A stretch of 64,000 nt of DNA from Candidatus Latescibacterota bacterium (GCA_965203175.1 OZ241867.1:2720001-2784000), one strand, 5' to 3'. Counted from the stretch's first letter, positions 1 through 9,307 are shown. Notes: generated by a model not told the origin, from the sequence alone. Translations and numbers: made by a program.

Positions 1-84
1 AGATAGTTACGGTCGATACGGGCTGTGAAACTCTTTCGGTTGCGCGAAGGGCGACCGGTGCTCCTTTCGACTCACGTATAGATA

Positions 85-101
85 AGCAAATCTAATGCCA
101 C
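85..101 (-). promoter_or_regulatory. Sigma-54 (-24/-12) promoter firing leftward out of the window
   Basis: Minus strand reads TGGCAT-TAGAT-TTGCT, matching TGGCAC-N5-TTGCW; lies just downstream of an NtrC-family gene. Confidence 0.7.
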
Positions 102-198
102 AATGAGCTAATGATAGATAAGATATTGTAAATGCGTCATTTGAGAAATAAACACTAACGGGCGAGGAGCGGGTTGAGGGGCCACGTAGGCGTAAAAG

Positions 199-211
199 TG
201 CAAAAAATGCA
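199..211. promoter_or_regulatory. Putative bEBP enhancer (UAS)
   Basis: TGCA-AAAAA-TGCA about 100 bp upstream of the sigma-54 promoter, with an AT-rich spacer in between. Confidence 0.4.
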
Positions 212-276
212 GGAGTTGCTAAAATTGGCGAGCGGGTTGCCGACTTATCGCACGTGTGTCGACAGCCGTCAGCGCG

Positions 277-1641
277 TTACTTGGTCGCGATGTTGTATCG
301 CTTGATTTTGTACTGAAGAGAGCGGACGCTGATGCCCAAAATAGCGGCCGCTTCGCGGCGGTTGCCCGTGAGACGTTGGAGGGTTTGGCGGATGAGTTCG
401 GCTTCGACTTCCTGGAGGGAAGAGCCGAGGGTCATTGAGAACTGACCAGGGCTATCGGCTAGCTCGCCGAGCGGGCCGGGCAGGTGCTCGGGGAGGATGA
501 CTGCAGCCGAAGTGGTGACCACGAGCCGCTGCAGCAGGTTGCGCAACTGGCGCACATTGCCCGGCCAATTATAGGCTATGAGGCCCTCCATGGCTTCTGG
601 GCTGATTTTCTTGGGGGGCTTGTTTTGCGCGCGGCAGGTTTCGTCTAGGCACATTTCGACTAAGACCGGGATGTCTTCCCGCCGCTGACGCAAGGGAGGG
701 ATGTCGATGGGGATCACGTTGAGTCGGTAGTACAGGTCTTCGCGGAAGGCACCGGTTGCGACGGCGTTTTCGAGGTCGCGGTTGGTCGCGGCGATGATGC
801 GCACATCAGCGCGATGGACCTGCGGGTCTCCGAGCGGTTGGAACTCGTGGGACTCTAGGACTCGCAGAAGTTCGACCTGGTTTTTGTGCGAGACCTCGCC
901 GATTTCGTCAAGGAAGAGGGTTCCGCCCTCGGCGAGGGTGAAACGACCCGGCCGGTCGGCGTGGGCACTGGTAAAGGCCCCGCGCTTGTGGCCGAACAAT
1001 TCACTAGTAAAAAGCTCTTCGGTGAAGCCGCCGCAGTTGACGGCCACAAAGGGAGCGTCGCGGCGTCTGCTGCGATCGTGGATGGCGCGTGCGACCAGAT
1101 CCTTGCCGACGCCGGTCTCGCCGCGCAAGAGTACCGGCACGTCTGTTTCGGCTACTTGTTTGATTGTGGCGGCGGCGGCCTGCATGGCTGGGCTGCGGCG
1201 CACGAGGCGGCGGAAAGGGGCTTCTTTTTCGAGGCGGTGGTGGAGCTTGCGGTTTTCGACGACAAGCTCGAAGCGATCGAGTGCGCGGGCGACTACGACG
1301 CGCAAGTGGTCTAAATCGACGGGTTTGGTCACCACGTCGTACGCGCCTTTGCGCATGGCTTCGACCGCACTGTGGACGTTGTCGTGGTCCGTGAGTATGA
1401 TGCACAGGGTGTCGGGGTGTTGCTGGCCGATCTCCTGCAAAAGTTGCATCCCAGCGGGGCCAGGCATCTGCAGGTCGAGAATAGCCAAGTGAAAATTGCC
1501 GGCTTTTAGCATCCGGCGCACTTGGGTACCGTCCGCAGCAGTCTCAATGGCATAGCCGGGTTTTTGCAATGCCTCTTGTAGCCCTTCGCGGATAAAGAGC
1601 GATTGGTCGGCGATGAGGATGTTGGCTTGGAGTTGGGGCAT
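277..1641 (-). CDS. Sigma-54-dependent response regulator (NtrC family; REC-AAA+-Fis HTH)
   Basis: REC (ILDLQMP), Walker A GETGVGKD, GAFTSA loop, LFLDEIGE, WPGNVRQL, C-terminal HTH. Confidence 0.95.
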   Translation of the reverse strand: MPQLQANILIADQSLFIREGLQEALQKPGYAIETAADGTQVRRMLKAGNFHLAILDLQMPGPAGMQLLQEIGQQHPDTLCIILTDHDNVHSAVEAMRKGAYDVVTKPVDLDHLRVVVARALDRFELVVENRKLHHRLEKEAPFRRLVRRSPAMQAAAATIKQVAETDVPVLLRGETGVGKDLVARAIHDRSRRRDAPFVAVNCGGFTEELFTSELFGHKRGAFTSAHADRPGRFTLAEGGTLFLDEIGEVSHKNQVELLRVLESHEFQPLGDPQVHRADVRIIAATNRDLENAVATGAFREDLYYRLNVIPIDIPPLRQRREDIPVLVEMCLDETCRAQNKPPKKISPEAMEGLIAYNWPGNVRQLRNLLQRLVVTTSAAVILPEHLPGPLGELADSPGQFSMTLGSSLQEVEAELIRQTLQRLTGNRREAAAILGISVRSLQYKIKRYNIATK

Positions 1642-1685
1642 GGACTTTTGTTGACAGTGATGGCAAGGGGACTAGCTTTTCATTC

Positions 1686-2414
1686 ATGGAGAATAAGCAA
1701 AACGTCGCCGAACACAAGAGGCGCAACCGAGACATGTTCAACGCCATTGCCCGGCGCTACGACTTGCTCAACCACTTGCTCAGCGGCGGAGTCGATGTGT
1801 ACTGGCGGCGGCGCGCCCTCCAAGCAGCCCAGGACAAGCGCCCGCAGCGCGTTTTGGATCTGGCTACTGGGACTGGCGACTTTGCCCTCGCGGCCGCTCG
1901 CTTGGGACCGCAGCAGGTCGTCGGTATTGACATGGCCATTGAGATGCTGCGGTTGGGGGCGGCCAAGGTGGCGGCCAAAAGCCCGTCCGCGCGCGTGGAG
2001 CTGTTGGTCGGCGACGCCGAGCAACTACCGTTTCAGGACAATACCTTCGACATGGTGACCGGGGCTTTTGGGGTGCGCAACTTTGGGAACATTCCCAGTG
2101 GCTTGGCCGAGGCTCATCGGGTGCTCAAGCCCGGCGGCCAGCTCTTGGTGCTCGATTTTTGCGAGCCTACTGCGCCGCTGTTCCGGCAATTATACTTGTT
2201 TTACTTCCACAAAGTGCTGCCCCTGATCGGCGGCTTAATTTCCGGTCAGCGCCGGGCCTACGCCTATCTGCCGCGCTCGGTGGGAACCTTTCCCCAAGGG
2301 CGAGCCTTTGTCGAATTGCTCGTCGCGGCTGGGTTCAGTCAGACGCGCTACACGCCCATGACCCTGGGGATTGCCGCGGTGTACCAGGGCGTCAAAGGGG
2401 CGGTTGACGAATAG
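1686..2414 (+). CDS. menG: Demethylmenaquinone methyltransferase (UbiE/MenG)
   Basis: MFNAIARRYDLLNHLLSGG, VLDLATGTGD, FGVRN motifs; sits with mqn genes. Confidence 0.93.
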   Translation: MENKQNVAEHKRRNRDMFNAIARRYDLLNHLLSGGVDVYWRRRALQAAQDKRPQRVLDLATGTGDFALAAARLGPQQVVGIDMAIEMLRLGAAKVAAKSPSARVELLVGDAEQLPFQDNTFDMVTGAFGVRNFGNIPSGLAEAHRVLKPGGQLLVLDFCEPTAPLFRQLYLFYFHKVLPLIGGLISGQRRAYAYLPRSVGTFPQGRAFVELLVAAGFSQTRYTPMTLGIAAVYQGVKGAVDE

Positions 2415-2454
2415 GATACCCATAAGTATTATGTACTAAACGCAGGAGAAATAA

Positions 2455-3579
2455 GTGATTTACGACGACCTTATCGGCCGCGCCGGTCTCGCGGATATCC
2501 ACGACAAAGTGCTGGCTGGACAGCGCTTGAGCCTCGACGATGGTCTGCGCCTGTACGCCTGCGATGAGCTGCCCATCTTGGGCTATCTGGCCAATATCGT
2601 CCGCGAGCGCAAAAGCGGCGACACTGCGTACTACGTGCGCAACCAGCACATCAACTACACCAATGTCTGTAACAAGCTCTGTAAGTTCTGCTCCTTCTAC
2701 GTCAAGCCCAAAGATGAGCGCGGCTACGTGTTGTCGCCCGAGCAAGTCGCCGCGCGGGTCGCCGAGTACGATCAAGCTCCGATCACCGAGATCCACATGG
2801 TCGGCGGCGTCAATCCCAAACTGCCCTACCAATACTATCTCGACGTCTTGCGGGCGATGAAGCAAGCCCGTCCCGCCGCGCATCTGAAGGCCTTCACCAT
2901 GATCGAGATCGCCCAGATTCAGCGCATCGCCAAAAAGCCGCTGGAGGAGATTTTTGCCGACATGAAGGCCGCTGGGCTGGAGTCGCTGCCCGGCGGTGGG
3001 GCCGAGGTCTTCAGCGACCGGGTTCAGGGCGATCTTTTCTGGACTAAGGCGGACTCCGAGGAGTGGCTGGAGATCGCGCAGGCGGCGCACAGAGCCGGCC
3101 TGCCCTCCAATGCCACCATGCTCTATGGCCATATCGAAAATACCGAGGAGAAGGTCTATCACCTCGTGCGGCTGCGCGAAGTACAGGACGAGACCGGCGG
3201 TTTCCTCTGCTATATCCCGCTCTCTTTTCACCCTGAGCGCACCGAGTTGGAGGACTTGCCTGGGCCGACGGGTTGCCTAGATCTCAAGGAGATCGCCGTG
3301 GGGCGGCTGATGCTGGACAACTTCCCCCACGTCAAGACCTTCTGGATTATGAATACCATTGAGATTTCGCAGACCGCGCTCTGGTATGGGGCCGACGATA
3401 TCGACGGCACAGTCATGGACTACGAAATCACCCGCAAGAGTTTTACTGAGACGCAGCAGCGGCTGACGCAGGCCGAACTCTTGCAGCGCATCGTCGAGGC
3501 CGGGCGCCAACCTTTGGAGCGCGACTCCCTCTACAATATCGTCGCCGATACCCCGACTCTGCTGGCGGCGGCTGGATAG
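2455..3579 (+). CDS. mqnE: Aminofutalosine synthase (radical SAM)
   Basis: HINYTNVCNKLCKFCSF (CxxxCxxC), EIHMVGG, LPGGGAE, NATMLYGHIE, GADDIDGTV. Confidence 0.9.
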   Translation: MIYDDLIGRAGLADIHDKVLAGQRLSLDDGLRLYACDELPILGYLANIVRERKSGDTAYYVRNQHINYTNVCNKLCKFCSFYVKPKDERGYVLSPEQVAARVAEYDQAPITEIHMVGGVNPKLPYQYYLDVLRAMKQARPAAHLKAFTMIEIAQIQRIAKKPLEEIFADMKAAGLESLPGGGAEVFSDRVQGDLFWTKADSEEWLEIAQAAHRAGLPSNATMLYGHIENTEEKVYHLVRLREVQDETGGFLCYIPLSFHPERTELEDLPGPTGCLDLKEIAVGRLMLDNFPHVKTFWIMNTIEISQTALWYGADDIDGTVMDYEITRKSFTETQQRLTQAELLQRIVEAGRQPLERDSLYNIVADTPTLLAAAG

Positions 3580-3584
3580 CACCC

Positions 3585-4727
3585 GTGATCACTGATATTG
3601 CCGAAAAGGTCTATGCCGGGGAGCGCCTCGCGCTCGATGATGCCCGCCGCCTGTACGCGCACCACAACCTCGCTGAGTTGGGGATGCTGGCGCATTGGGT
3701 GCGCCTGCAGAAACACCCCGAGCAGATGGTCACCTACAACGTCGGGCGCAACATCAACTACACCAATGTCTGCTGGGTCAAGTGCGACTTTTGCGCCTTC
3801 TACCGGCCGCCGGGTTCGAGCGAGGGCTACGTCCTGCCCAATGAGCAGATATTTGCCAAAATCGACGAGTTGGTGGCCTTTGGCGGCGACGAGCCCAAGT
3901 CCTGTGAGATCCTGATGCAGGGTGGCCTCAACCCCAAGCTGCGCCTCGATTACTACGAACAGTTGCTCTCGGCGATCAGGGACCGCTATCCGCAGGTGCA
4001 GCTACACTGTCTTTCCGCTACAGAGATCATCTACATCGCGCACCTGTCGCGGCTGCCGCTGGACGAGACCATTCGCCGCCTGCGCGACGCGGGGCTGGAT
4101 TCGATCCCGGGTGCCGGGGCCGAGATTCTCAACGACGAGGTACGCGACATTATCGGCTTTCGCAAGGACCGCACCGAGGAATGGCTGGAAGTGCATCGCG
4201 CGGCGCACGAGCTGGGGATGTCTACTACGGCGACGATGATGTACGGCCACGTGGAGACGGTCGAACATCGCCTAGAGCACTTGGACCACCTGCGGCAGCT
4301 ACAGGACGAACGGGGTGGTTTCACTGCCTTTATTACTTGGAACTTTCAGCCCGACCACACGGATTTGGGCGCGGACGAGTCGCGTTGGAACGGTGCCAAA
4401 GCGACTGGGTACGACCACTTGCGCACGGTGGCCGTAGCGCGGCTCTTCCTCGACAACATTCCCAGCCTGCAGGCTTCGTGGGTGACCCAAGGGCCTAAGA
4501 TCGCCCAAGTCAGCTTGCGCTACGGTATCAACGACTTCGGCAGCACCATGCTCGAAGAAAACGTCGTCAGCGCCGCCGGCACCAGTCATACCAACGAGAT
4601 GGGGCTAGACGCCATGGAACGGCTAATCCGCGACGCTGGCTTTGCACCGAGGCGGCGCAATACTCGTTACGAGCCGGTGGCCTCACCCTGTCGGATCGAC
4701 GCTTTGCAAGAGTTGTCCCATTCATGA
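3585..4727 (+). CDS. mqnC: Cyclic dehypoxanthinyl futalosine synthase (radical SAM)
   Basis: RNINYTNVCWVKCDFCAFYR, LMQGGLNP, LQASWVTQG, NDFGSTMLEENVV. Confidence 0.92.
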   Translation: MITDIAEKVYAGERLALDDARRLYAHHNLAELGMLAHWVRLQKHPEQMVTYNVGRNINYTNVCWVKCDFCAFYRPPGSSEGYVLPNEQIFAKIDELVAFGGDEPKSCEILMQGGLNPKLRLDYYEQLLSAIRDRYPQVQLHCLSATEIIYIAHLSRLPLDETIRRLRDAGLDSIPGAGAEILNDEVRDIIGFRKDRTEEWLEVHRAAHELGMSTTATMMYGHVETVEHRLEHLDHLRQLQDERGGFTAFITWNFQPDHTDLGADESRWNGAKATGYDHLRTVAVARLFLDNIPSLQASWVTQGPKIAQVSLRYGINDFGSTMLEENVVSAAGTSHTNEMGLDAMERLIRDAGFAPRRRNTRYEPVASPCRIDALQELSHS

Positions 4728-5518
4728 AACCGCGCTTGGGCGCGGTCCCGTACCTCAACACGCGGCCCCTCGTCGTCGCCCTCGAACGCGATCCCGCACC
4801 TTTCGCACTGAGTTATTCGGTGCCCTCGCGCTGCGCGAGGGAGCTGGAGGATGGCACCATCGACGTGGGGATCATCCCCGTGATCGAATACGCCCGCAGC
4901 GCTTGCCCTTACTGGATCGTTCCTGATATAGCCATTGGTTCGCAGGGGTCGGTGCTGACGGTGCGCCTCTTCTGCCGCCGTCCGTTGCCGCAGGTCGAGC
5001 GCATAGCCTTGGACACTAGTTCCCGCACTTCAGTGGCTTTGTTGTCCATCCTTCTGCGCGAAAAATTTGCTCTCACTCCGCAATTGATCGAAGCTCCACC
5101 CGATTTGGAGGCCATGTTAGAGTGTGCTGACGCGGCCCTGCTCATCGGCGATCAGGTTTTCCCGCACTTGGACGGGGACGTGGAGAGCTTGGACTTGGGT
5201 CGGGAATGGACGACTATGACCGATTTGCCGTTTGTATTTGCCTTTTGGGCTGGTCACCAACAGGCGCTTACACCCGTCCAAGTCCAACAATTGCAGTGGG
5301 CCAAAAATCAGGGGGTATGCCAAGTGCCGTCTATCGCTGCAGCGCACAGCCGAGAATGCGGCGGTTCGCCCGAGTTCTACGAGCGCTACCTGACCCGCCA
5401 CATCCGCTTTGATTTGGACGAGGCCGCTCAGGCTGGTTTGCGGCTGTTCTACCAAATGGCTCACCGCCACGGCCTGATCGACGCGGTGCCCCCGCTGCGC
5501 TTTTATCCAGCGGCCTGA
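4724..5518 (+). CDS. mqnA: Chorismate dehydratase
   Basis: LGAVPYLNTRPL, SSRTSVAL, LLIGD, DLGREW...LPFVFAFW. Confidence 0.9.
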   Translation: MKPRLGAVPYLNTRPLVVALERDPAPFALSYSVPSRCARELEDGTIDVGIIPVIEYARSACPYWIVPDIAIGSQGSVLTVRLFCRRPLPQVERIALDTSSRTSVALLSILLREKFALTPQLIEAPPDLEAMLECADAALLIGDQVFPHLDGDVESLDLGREWTTMTDLPFVFAFWAGHQQALTPVQVQQLQWAKNQGVCQVPSIAAAHSRECGGSPEFYERYLTRHIRFDLDEAAQAGLRLFYQMAHRHGLIDAVPPLRFYPAA

Positions 5519-5548
5519 CCGAGGCCGTTCTTGTCGAGGAAGGTCGAG

Positions 5549-6436
5549 ATGGCTCCTTTGCAGGCCATTGCGGTGTACGGCCGCATGATCAAATTCTCCC
5601 ACAGCGTCTTTGCTTTGCCTTTTGCTTTTAGCGGTGCCTTGCTGGCCGCGACTTACACGGGCATTACTCCCGCTCAGATCGGCTGGATTGCGCTGGCGAT
5701 GGTAGGGGCGCGCAGTGCGGCGATGGGTTTTAATCGTCTCGTTGATCGCCACCTCGACGCGGCTAATCCCCGCACCCAAAACCGCGAACTGCCGCGCGGC
5801 GTGGTCTCGCCTCAAGCGGTGGGGTTGTTCGTGGTTCTGTCCGCCTTGGCCTTGGTTTTGGCGGCTTATCAGCTCAATCCTTTGTGCTTTTATCTGTCGC
5901 CGCTGGTTTTGGCCGTGCTCTTGTTCTACTCGCTGACCAAGCGCTTTACTTGGGCCTCTCATTTGGTTTTGGGGCTGAGTTTGGGTGGGGCACCACTGGG
6001 CGCTTGGATTGCGGTCACTGGCGGCTTTGATCTCATACCGCTGCTGCTGTGCCTGGGGGTGCTGGTTTGGGTGGCTGGCTTTGACATCATCTACGCCTGC
6101 CAGGATCACGCCTTTGACATGCGGGCCGGACTCCATTCCATCCCGGTTCGCTTTGGCATTGCCCGCGCTCTGCACATTGCCCGCGTTTTGCACCTATTGT
6201 TCGTGGTGCTGCTGATTATCGTGGGCCACATGGCTGACCTGAGTTTTTTGTACTGGTTGGGTGTCGTAGTGGTAGCCGGTTTGCTGGTGTACGAGCATCG
6301 GCTGGTGCGGGCTGACGACCTGTCCCGCATGAGCACGGCCTTTATGACGGTCAACAGCACGGTCAGCCTGATCTACTTTGCCGCGATCTTGGCCGATCTG
6401 CTCGTCTTTGGCGAGGGGGAATTGTTGCGCTTTTGA
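5549..6436 (+). CDS. mqnP: UbiA-family prenyltransferase of the futalosine pathway (MqnP)
   Basis: IKFSHSVFALPFA, ARSAAMGFNRLVD...NPRT...RELP, GFDIIYACQD; multiple TM helices. Confidence 0.85.
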   Translation: MAPLQAIAVYGRMIKFSHSVFALPFAFSGALLAATYTGITPAQIGWIALAMVGARSAAMGFNRLVDRHLDAANPRTQNRELPRGVVSPQAVGLFVVLSALALVLAAYQLNPLCFYLSPLVLAVLLFYSLTKRFTWASHLVLGLSLGGAPLGAWIAVTGGFDLIPLLLCLGVLVWVAGFDIIYACQDHAFDMRAGLHSIPVRFGIARALHIARVLHLLFVVLLIIVGHMADLSFLYWLGVVVVAGLLVYEHRLVRADDLSRMSTAFMTVNSTVSLIYFAAILADLLVFGEGELLRF

Positions 6437-6500
6437 CGGGGGACATACGAACGCGTACTGGACAATCGTCAGTGCCGTGTTGTCGAGTTATGGGCAAGAC

Positions 6501-7165
6501 ATGAAAATTAAAGACATTGACTTTCCTAAACGCCTGTTAAACGCCTTGCGCGATGACAAATTGGTGGTTTTCGCTGGGGCTGGCGTTTCAAAGGGCGCAC
6601 CTGCATGCCTTCCGCTCTTTGCAGAGTTAGCGGATATGATTGCACAAGGAACCGGTGAAGCCTTACAGGAGGGAGAGCCGACAGACCATTTTCTTGGGAG
6701 ACTCCAGCATGCAGAGGTAAAGGTTCATGCTCTCGCAGCGGAAGTGCTTTCCCAAGAATGCCTGGAAGCTACGGAACTACATCGGGATCTTTTACAGCTC
6801 TATTCCGACGCCGCGCAGGCTCGCATCGTTACCACCAACTTCGACCTTTTGTTCGAGCAAGCGTCAGAAGCCGTGTTTGACGACAAGCCCGAGGTATTTC
6901 GGGCACCCGCATTACCCTTGGGACATCAGTTCCGCGGCATCATCCATGTCCATGGTGCAGTCAGCCGTCCCAACGAAATGGTACTTACGGACTTAGATTT
7001 CGCTCGTGCCTACCTGACTGAGGGGTGGGCACGACGTTTTCTCATCGGATTGTTCCGTAATTTCACGGTCCTCTTTGTAGGCTATAGTCACGATGACACG
7101 ATTTTGAGCTATCTAGCGCGTGCTCTGCCTGGGGGCGAGGATGGCCGGCGCTTCGCTTTAATAGG
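6501..7165 (+). pseudogene. Dsr1-like defence-associated sirtuin (SIR2_2 domain), 3'-truncated by IS; ORF reads on into the IS to 7361
   Basis: VVFAGAGVS, IVTTNFDLLFE, HVHG, VLTDLDFARAYLTEGWARRF, VLFVGYSHDD; native-looking sequence ends exactly at the IS TIR. Confidence 0.8.
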
Positions 7166-8325
7166 GGCGTTGTTGCATGAATCATATCTGGGGCATCATT
7201 GTCGAATGTTGTTTTTTGTTCAGTTGATTTTTTCTACTCGATACGACTGGGGTTTGCCCACATGGATCATTCGATTGAGGAGGGCACAGCCGAGGCGACT
7301 TTCGACCTGTTGGTTGATCCAGCTACGCGCCTTCAGCTTGTCGCCGATGAGGTGCTTATAGCGATAGATTTGCGTTTCGGCCAACGAGCGTCGATGATAG
7401 CCACTGGCCTGTTTCCACTCCTTGCGTCCCTTTCGTCGTATGGCCCGCAGGATTTCATCGCGCGCCAACGGGGGGACCTTACAATTACCATGCTGATGGA
7501 TTGTAGCGTCTTTGCGCAGTGCGATGATCGGCCGAATCGAGGGATCACTCCGCGTGGCCAAGGCGTCGAACACCTTCTGTTTGTCATAGGCCCCATCGCC
7601 GCCTACCGCCTCCACCGCCTCGTCGACTTGGGTCAACAGAGGGGCCACCTGCGAGGCATCATCGATCCGATGGGACGTCAACGTCTGCGCGACCACCTCG
7701 CCGGTGGCCTCGTTGACCCCCACATGCAGTTTGCGCCACGTGCGCCGTTTGGTCCAGCCGTGTTGACGGACTTTCCTCTCGCCCTCGCCATAGACTTTCA
7801 AACCCGTCGAATCCACTACCAAGTGCATCGGGCTAGCCGGGCTATCGGGCTGCTTTTTCGGCAACTCCACCGCCAAGGCCCCTTGGCGACGCGACAAGGT
7901 CGAGTAGTCCGGCACGGCCAAGGCCAACCCCATCAAGTCCAACAGCGATTGGATAAACCCCTGCGTCTGGCGCAACGGCAACCCAAGCAACACCCGCATC
8001 GTCAACATCCATTCAATCGCTGGATCCGAATAGACAAACTGAGCACCCCGTTGCGATGGCCCCTGAGCATACCATTGCTTCCACAGACCATCGTCCAGCC
8101 ACACCGTCAGGCTACCACGAGCCACCAACGCCCGATTATACGACGACCAATTCTTAACCCGATACACCGGTTGCGACTTGACCGAGGGCGAACTGCCAGA
8201 TACTTTGCTCATCACAGGCTCTTTGGGAAGAAAGGAACGTGTTTCTTGCTGGAAACCACGAACCAATCTAACCGAAGAGCCTGACTCATTTCAAGACCCG
8301 AACACAGCTTTCATGCAACAACGCC
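7166..8325 (-). mobile_element. IS5-family, IS903-group insertion sequence (1160 bp)
   Basis: Perfect 16-bp TIRs GGCGTTGTTGCATGAA (7166-7181) and TTCATGCAACAACGCC (8310-8325); flanks TTTAATAGG versus GGAACGACC do not form a TSD. Confidence 0.93.
7220..8212 (-). CDS. IS5/IS903-group DDE transposase, apparently intact
   Basis: YRVKNWSSYNRALVARGSLTVW, VPDYSTLSRR, VVDSTGLK, RRTWRKLH, GDGAYD, GYHRRSLAET. Confidence 0.93.
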   Translation of the reverse strand: MSKVSGSSPSVKSQPVYRVKNWSSYNRALVARGSLTVWLDDGLWKQWYAQGPSQRGAQFVYSDPAIEWMLTMRVLLGLPLRQTQGFIQSLLDLMGLALAVPDYSTLSRRQGALAVELPKKQPDSPASPMHLVVDSTGLKVYGEGERKVRQHGWTKRRTWRKLHVGVNEATGEVVAQTLTSHRIDDASQVAPLLTQVDEAVEAVGGDGAYDKQKVFDALATRSDPSIRPIIALRKDATIHQHGNCKVPPLARDEILRAIRRKGRKEWKQASGYHRRSLAETQIYRYKHLIGDKLKARSWINQQVESRLGCALLNRMIHVGKPQSYRVEKIN

Positions 8326-9158
8326 GGAACGACCAGTAGATTAAGCAGAACTAGGAAAACGGTCTTTAGGCCGCTTCCCGATTTGCTGAGGGGAATCAAG
8401 CCCTTTGTCTTCTCACCGAGATAGACCTCCCAACGGTCCTTTATCTTCTCTTCCTGTGCTTCGTCGTGGACTTGTACTTCTATCTCTGAAAACTGGCCAT
8501 CACTTCCAAATATCAAATTCAACGCGGCTAGAAGCTCCTCTTGGATAACCTCTCGTGGGAGTTTCTCAGACGTTATGAACCGACGTATTATATTTGTAGC
8601 TCCTTGTCCATCAGAGCCAAGTTCCAATGCCGTACTTGGTAGTCCACGCTCGATATCTCGGTCTGCAAAGAGTCTGCGGAAAGCCGTCCCATTAAGCTGG
8701 TGCGTTGCACCCTCCAGTATCCCACTAACATTTGAAAGCCTAGCATCGAAGATTACTTGGTCTCCAAAGGAAAGGTTTTGCGAGGAAGAGGCTAAGGCAA
8801 AATCGTCTGAAAATTTTACGTTTGATACCTTGTTTGCGATAATTTCCCATGTCACCACTGCGTTGACGAAATACTGTCCGTGGGCACTCCAGTGGTTTCT
8901 CCCACCGAGTTGACCTCCCATTCTATTTTCTGGAAAAGCTTCCCTTAGCGACTCCTCATCTAATACACCGTGGCAACGGTACTCCCACTCACGGTCAAAC
9001 AGTTTGCCGTCGCATAGTGCTTCAACCAAGTCCAAAAGATGGGATTTCCCAGAGTTATTACGTCCAATGATGACGTTGATCGGCTTGATTGTATCGAAGC
9101 CTGCCCAATCCTTTTTGAAACAGCTATGTCCTTTGAAGTATATAGAATCGGCTTTCAT
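8326..9158 (-). pseudogene. ABC-type ATPase (AAA_15/OLD-like defence ATPase), truncated by IS before Walker B; ORF ends inside the IS at 8286
   Basis: INVIIGRNNSGKS Walker A and signature-like LSKSGSGLK, then LLVVP|ALLHES where the TIR begins; lower GC than flanks. Confidence 0.78.
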
Positions 9159-9171
9159 AAAATGGCTTTCT

Positions 9172-9307
9172 CTCTCTCACGTCAATTTTGCCGGTCACAG
9201 GCGCGGCGATGCGGGTGGAACGGTACTCTTGCAGATGCTCAATAGCGGCCCCGATTTTTGCCGCCAGCGTGCCGATTTTTCTTCTCCTAGCGGTCGAGAA
9301 AAGCAAC
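9172..9307 (-). pseudogene. hsdS: C-terminal remnant of a type I restriction specificity subunit
   Basis: VAFLDR, then a stop/frameshift, then KIGTLAAKIGAAIEHLQEYRSTRIAAPVTGKIDVRE, resembling the canonical HsdS terminus (AFLDRETAKID...LQEYRTALISAAVTGKIDVR). Confidence 0.7.

Noticed and set aside
7199-8284. 361-aa plus-strand ORF inside the IS
   Set aside because: Antisense shadow of the transposase with no recognisable motifs.
7157-8334. Target-site duplication around the IS
   Set aside because: The left flank TTTAATAGG and right flank GGAACGACC do not match at 8-9 bp; only a trivial GG is shared.
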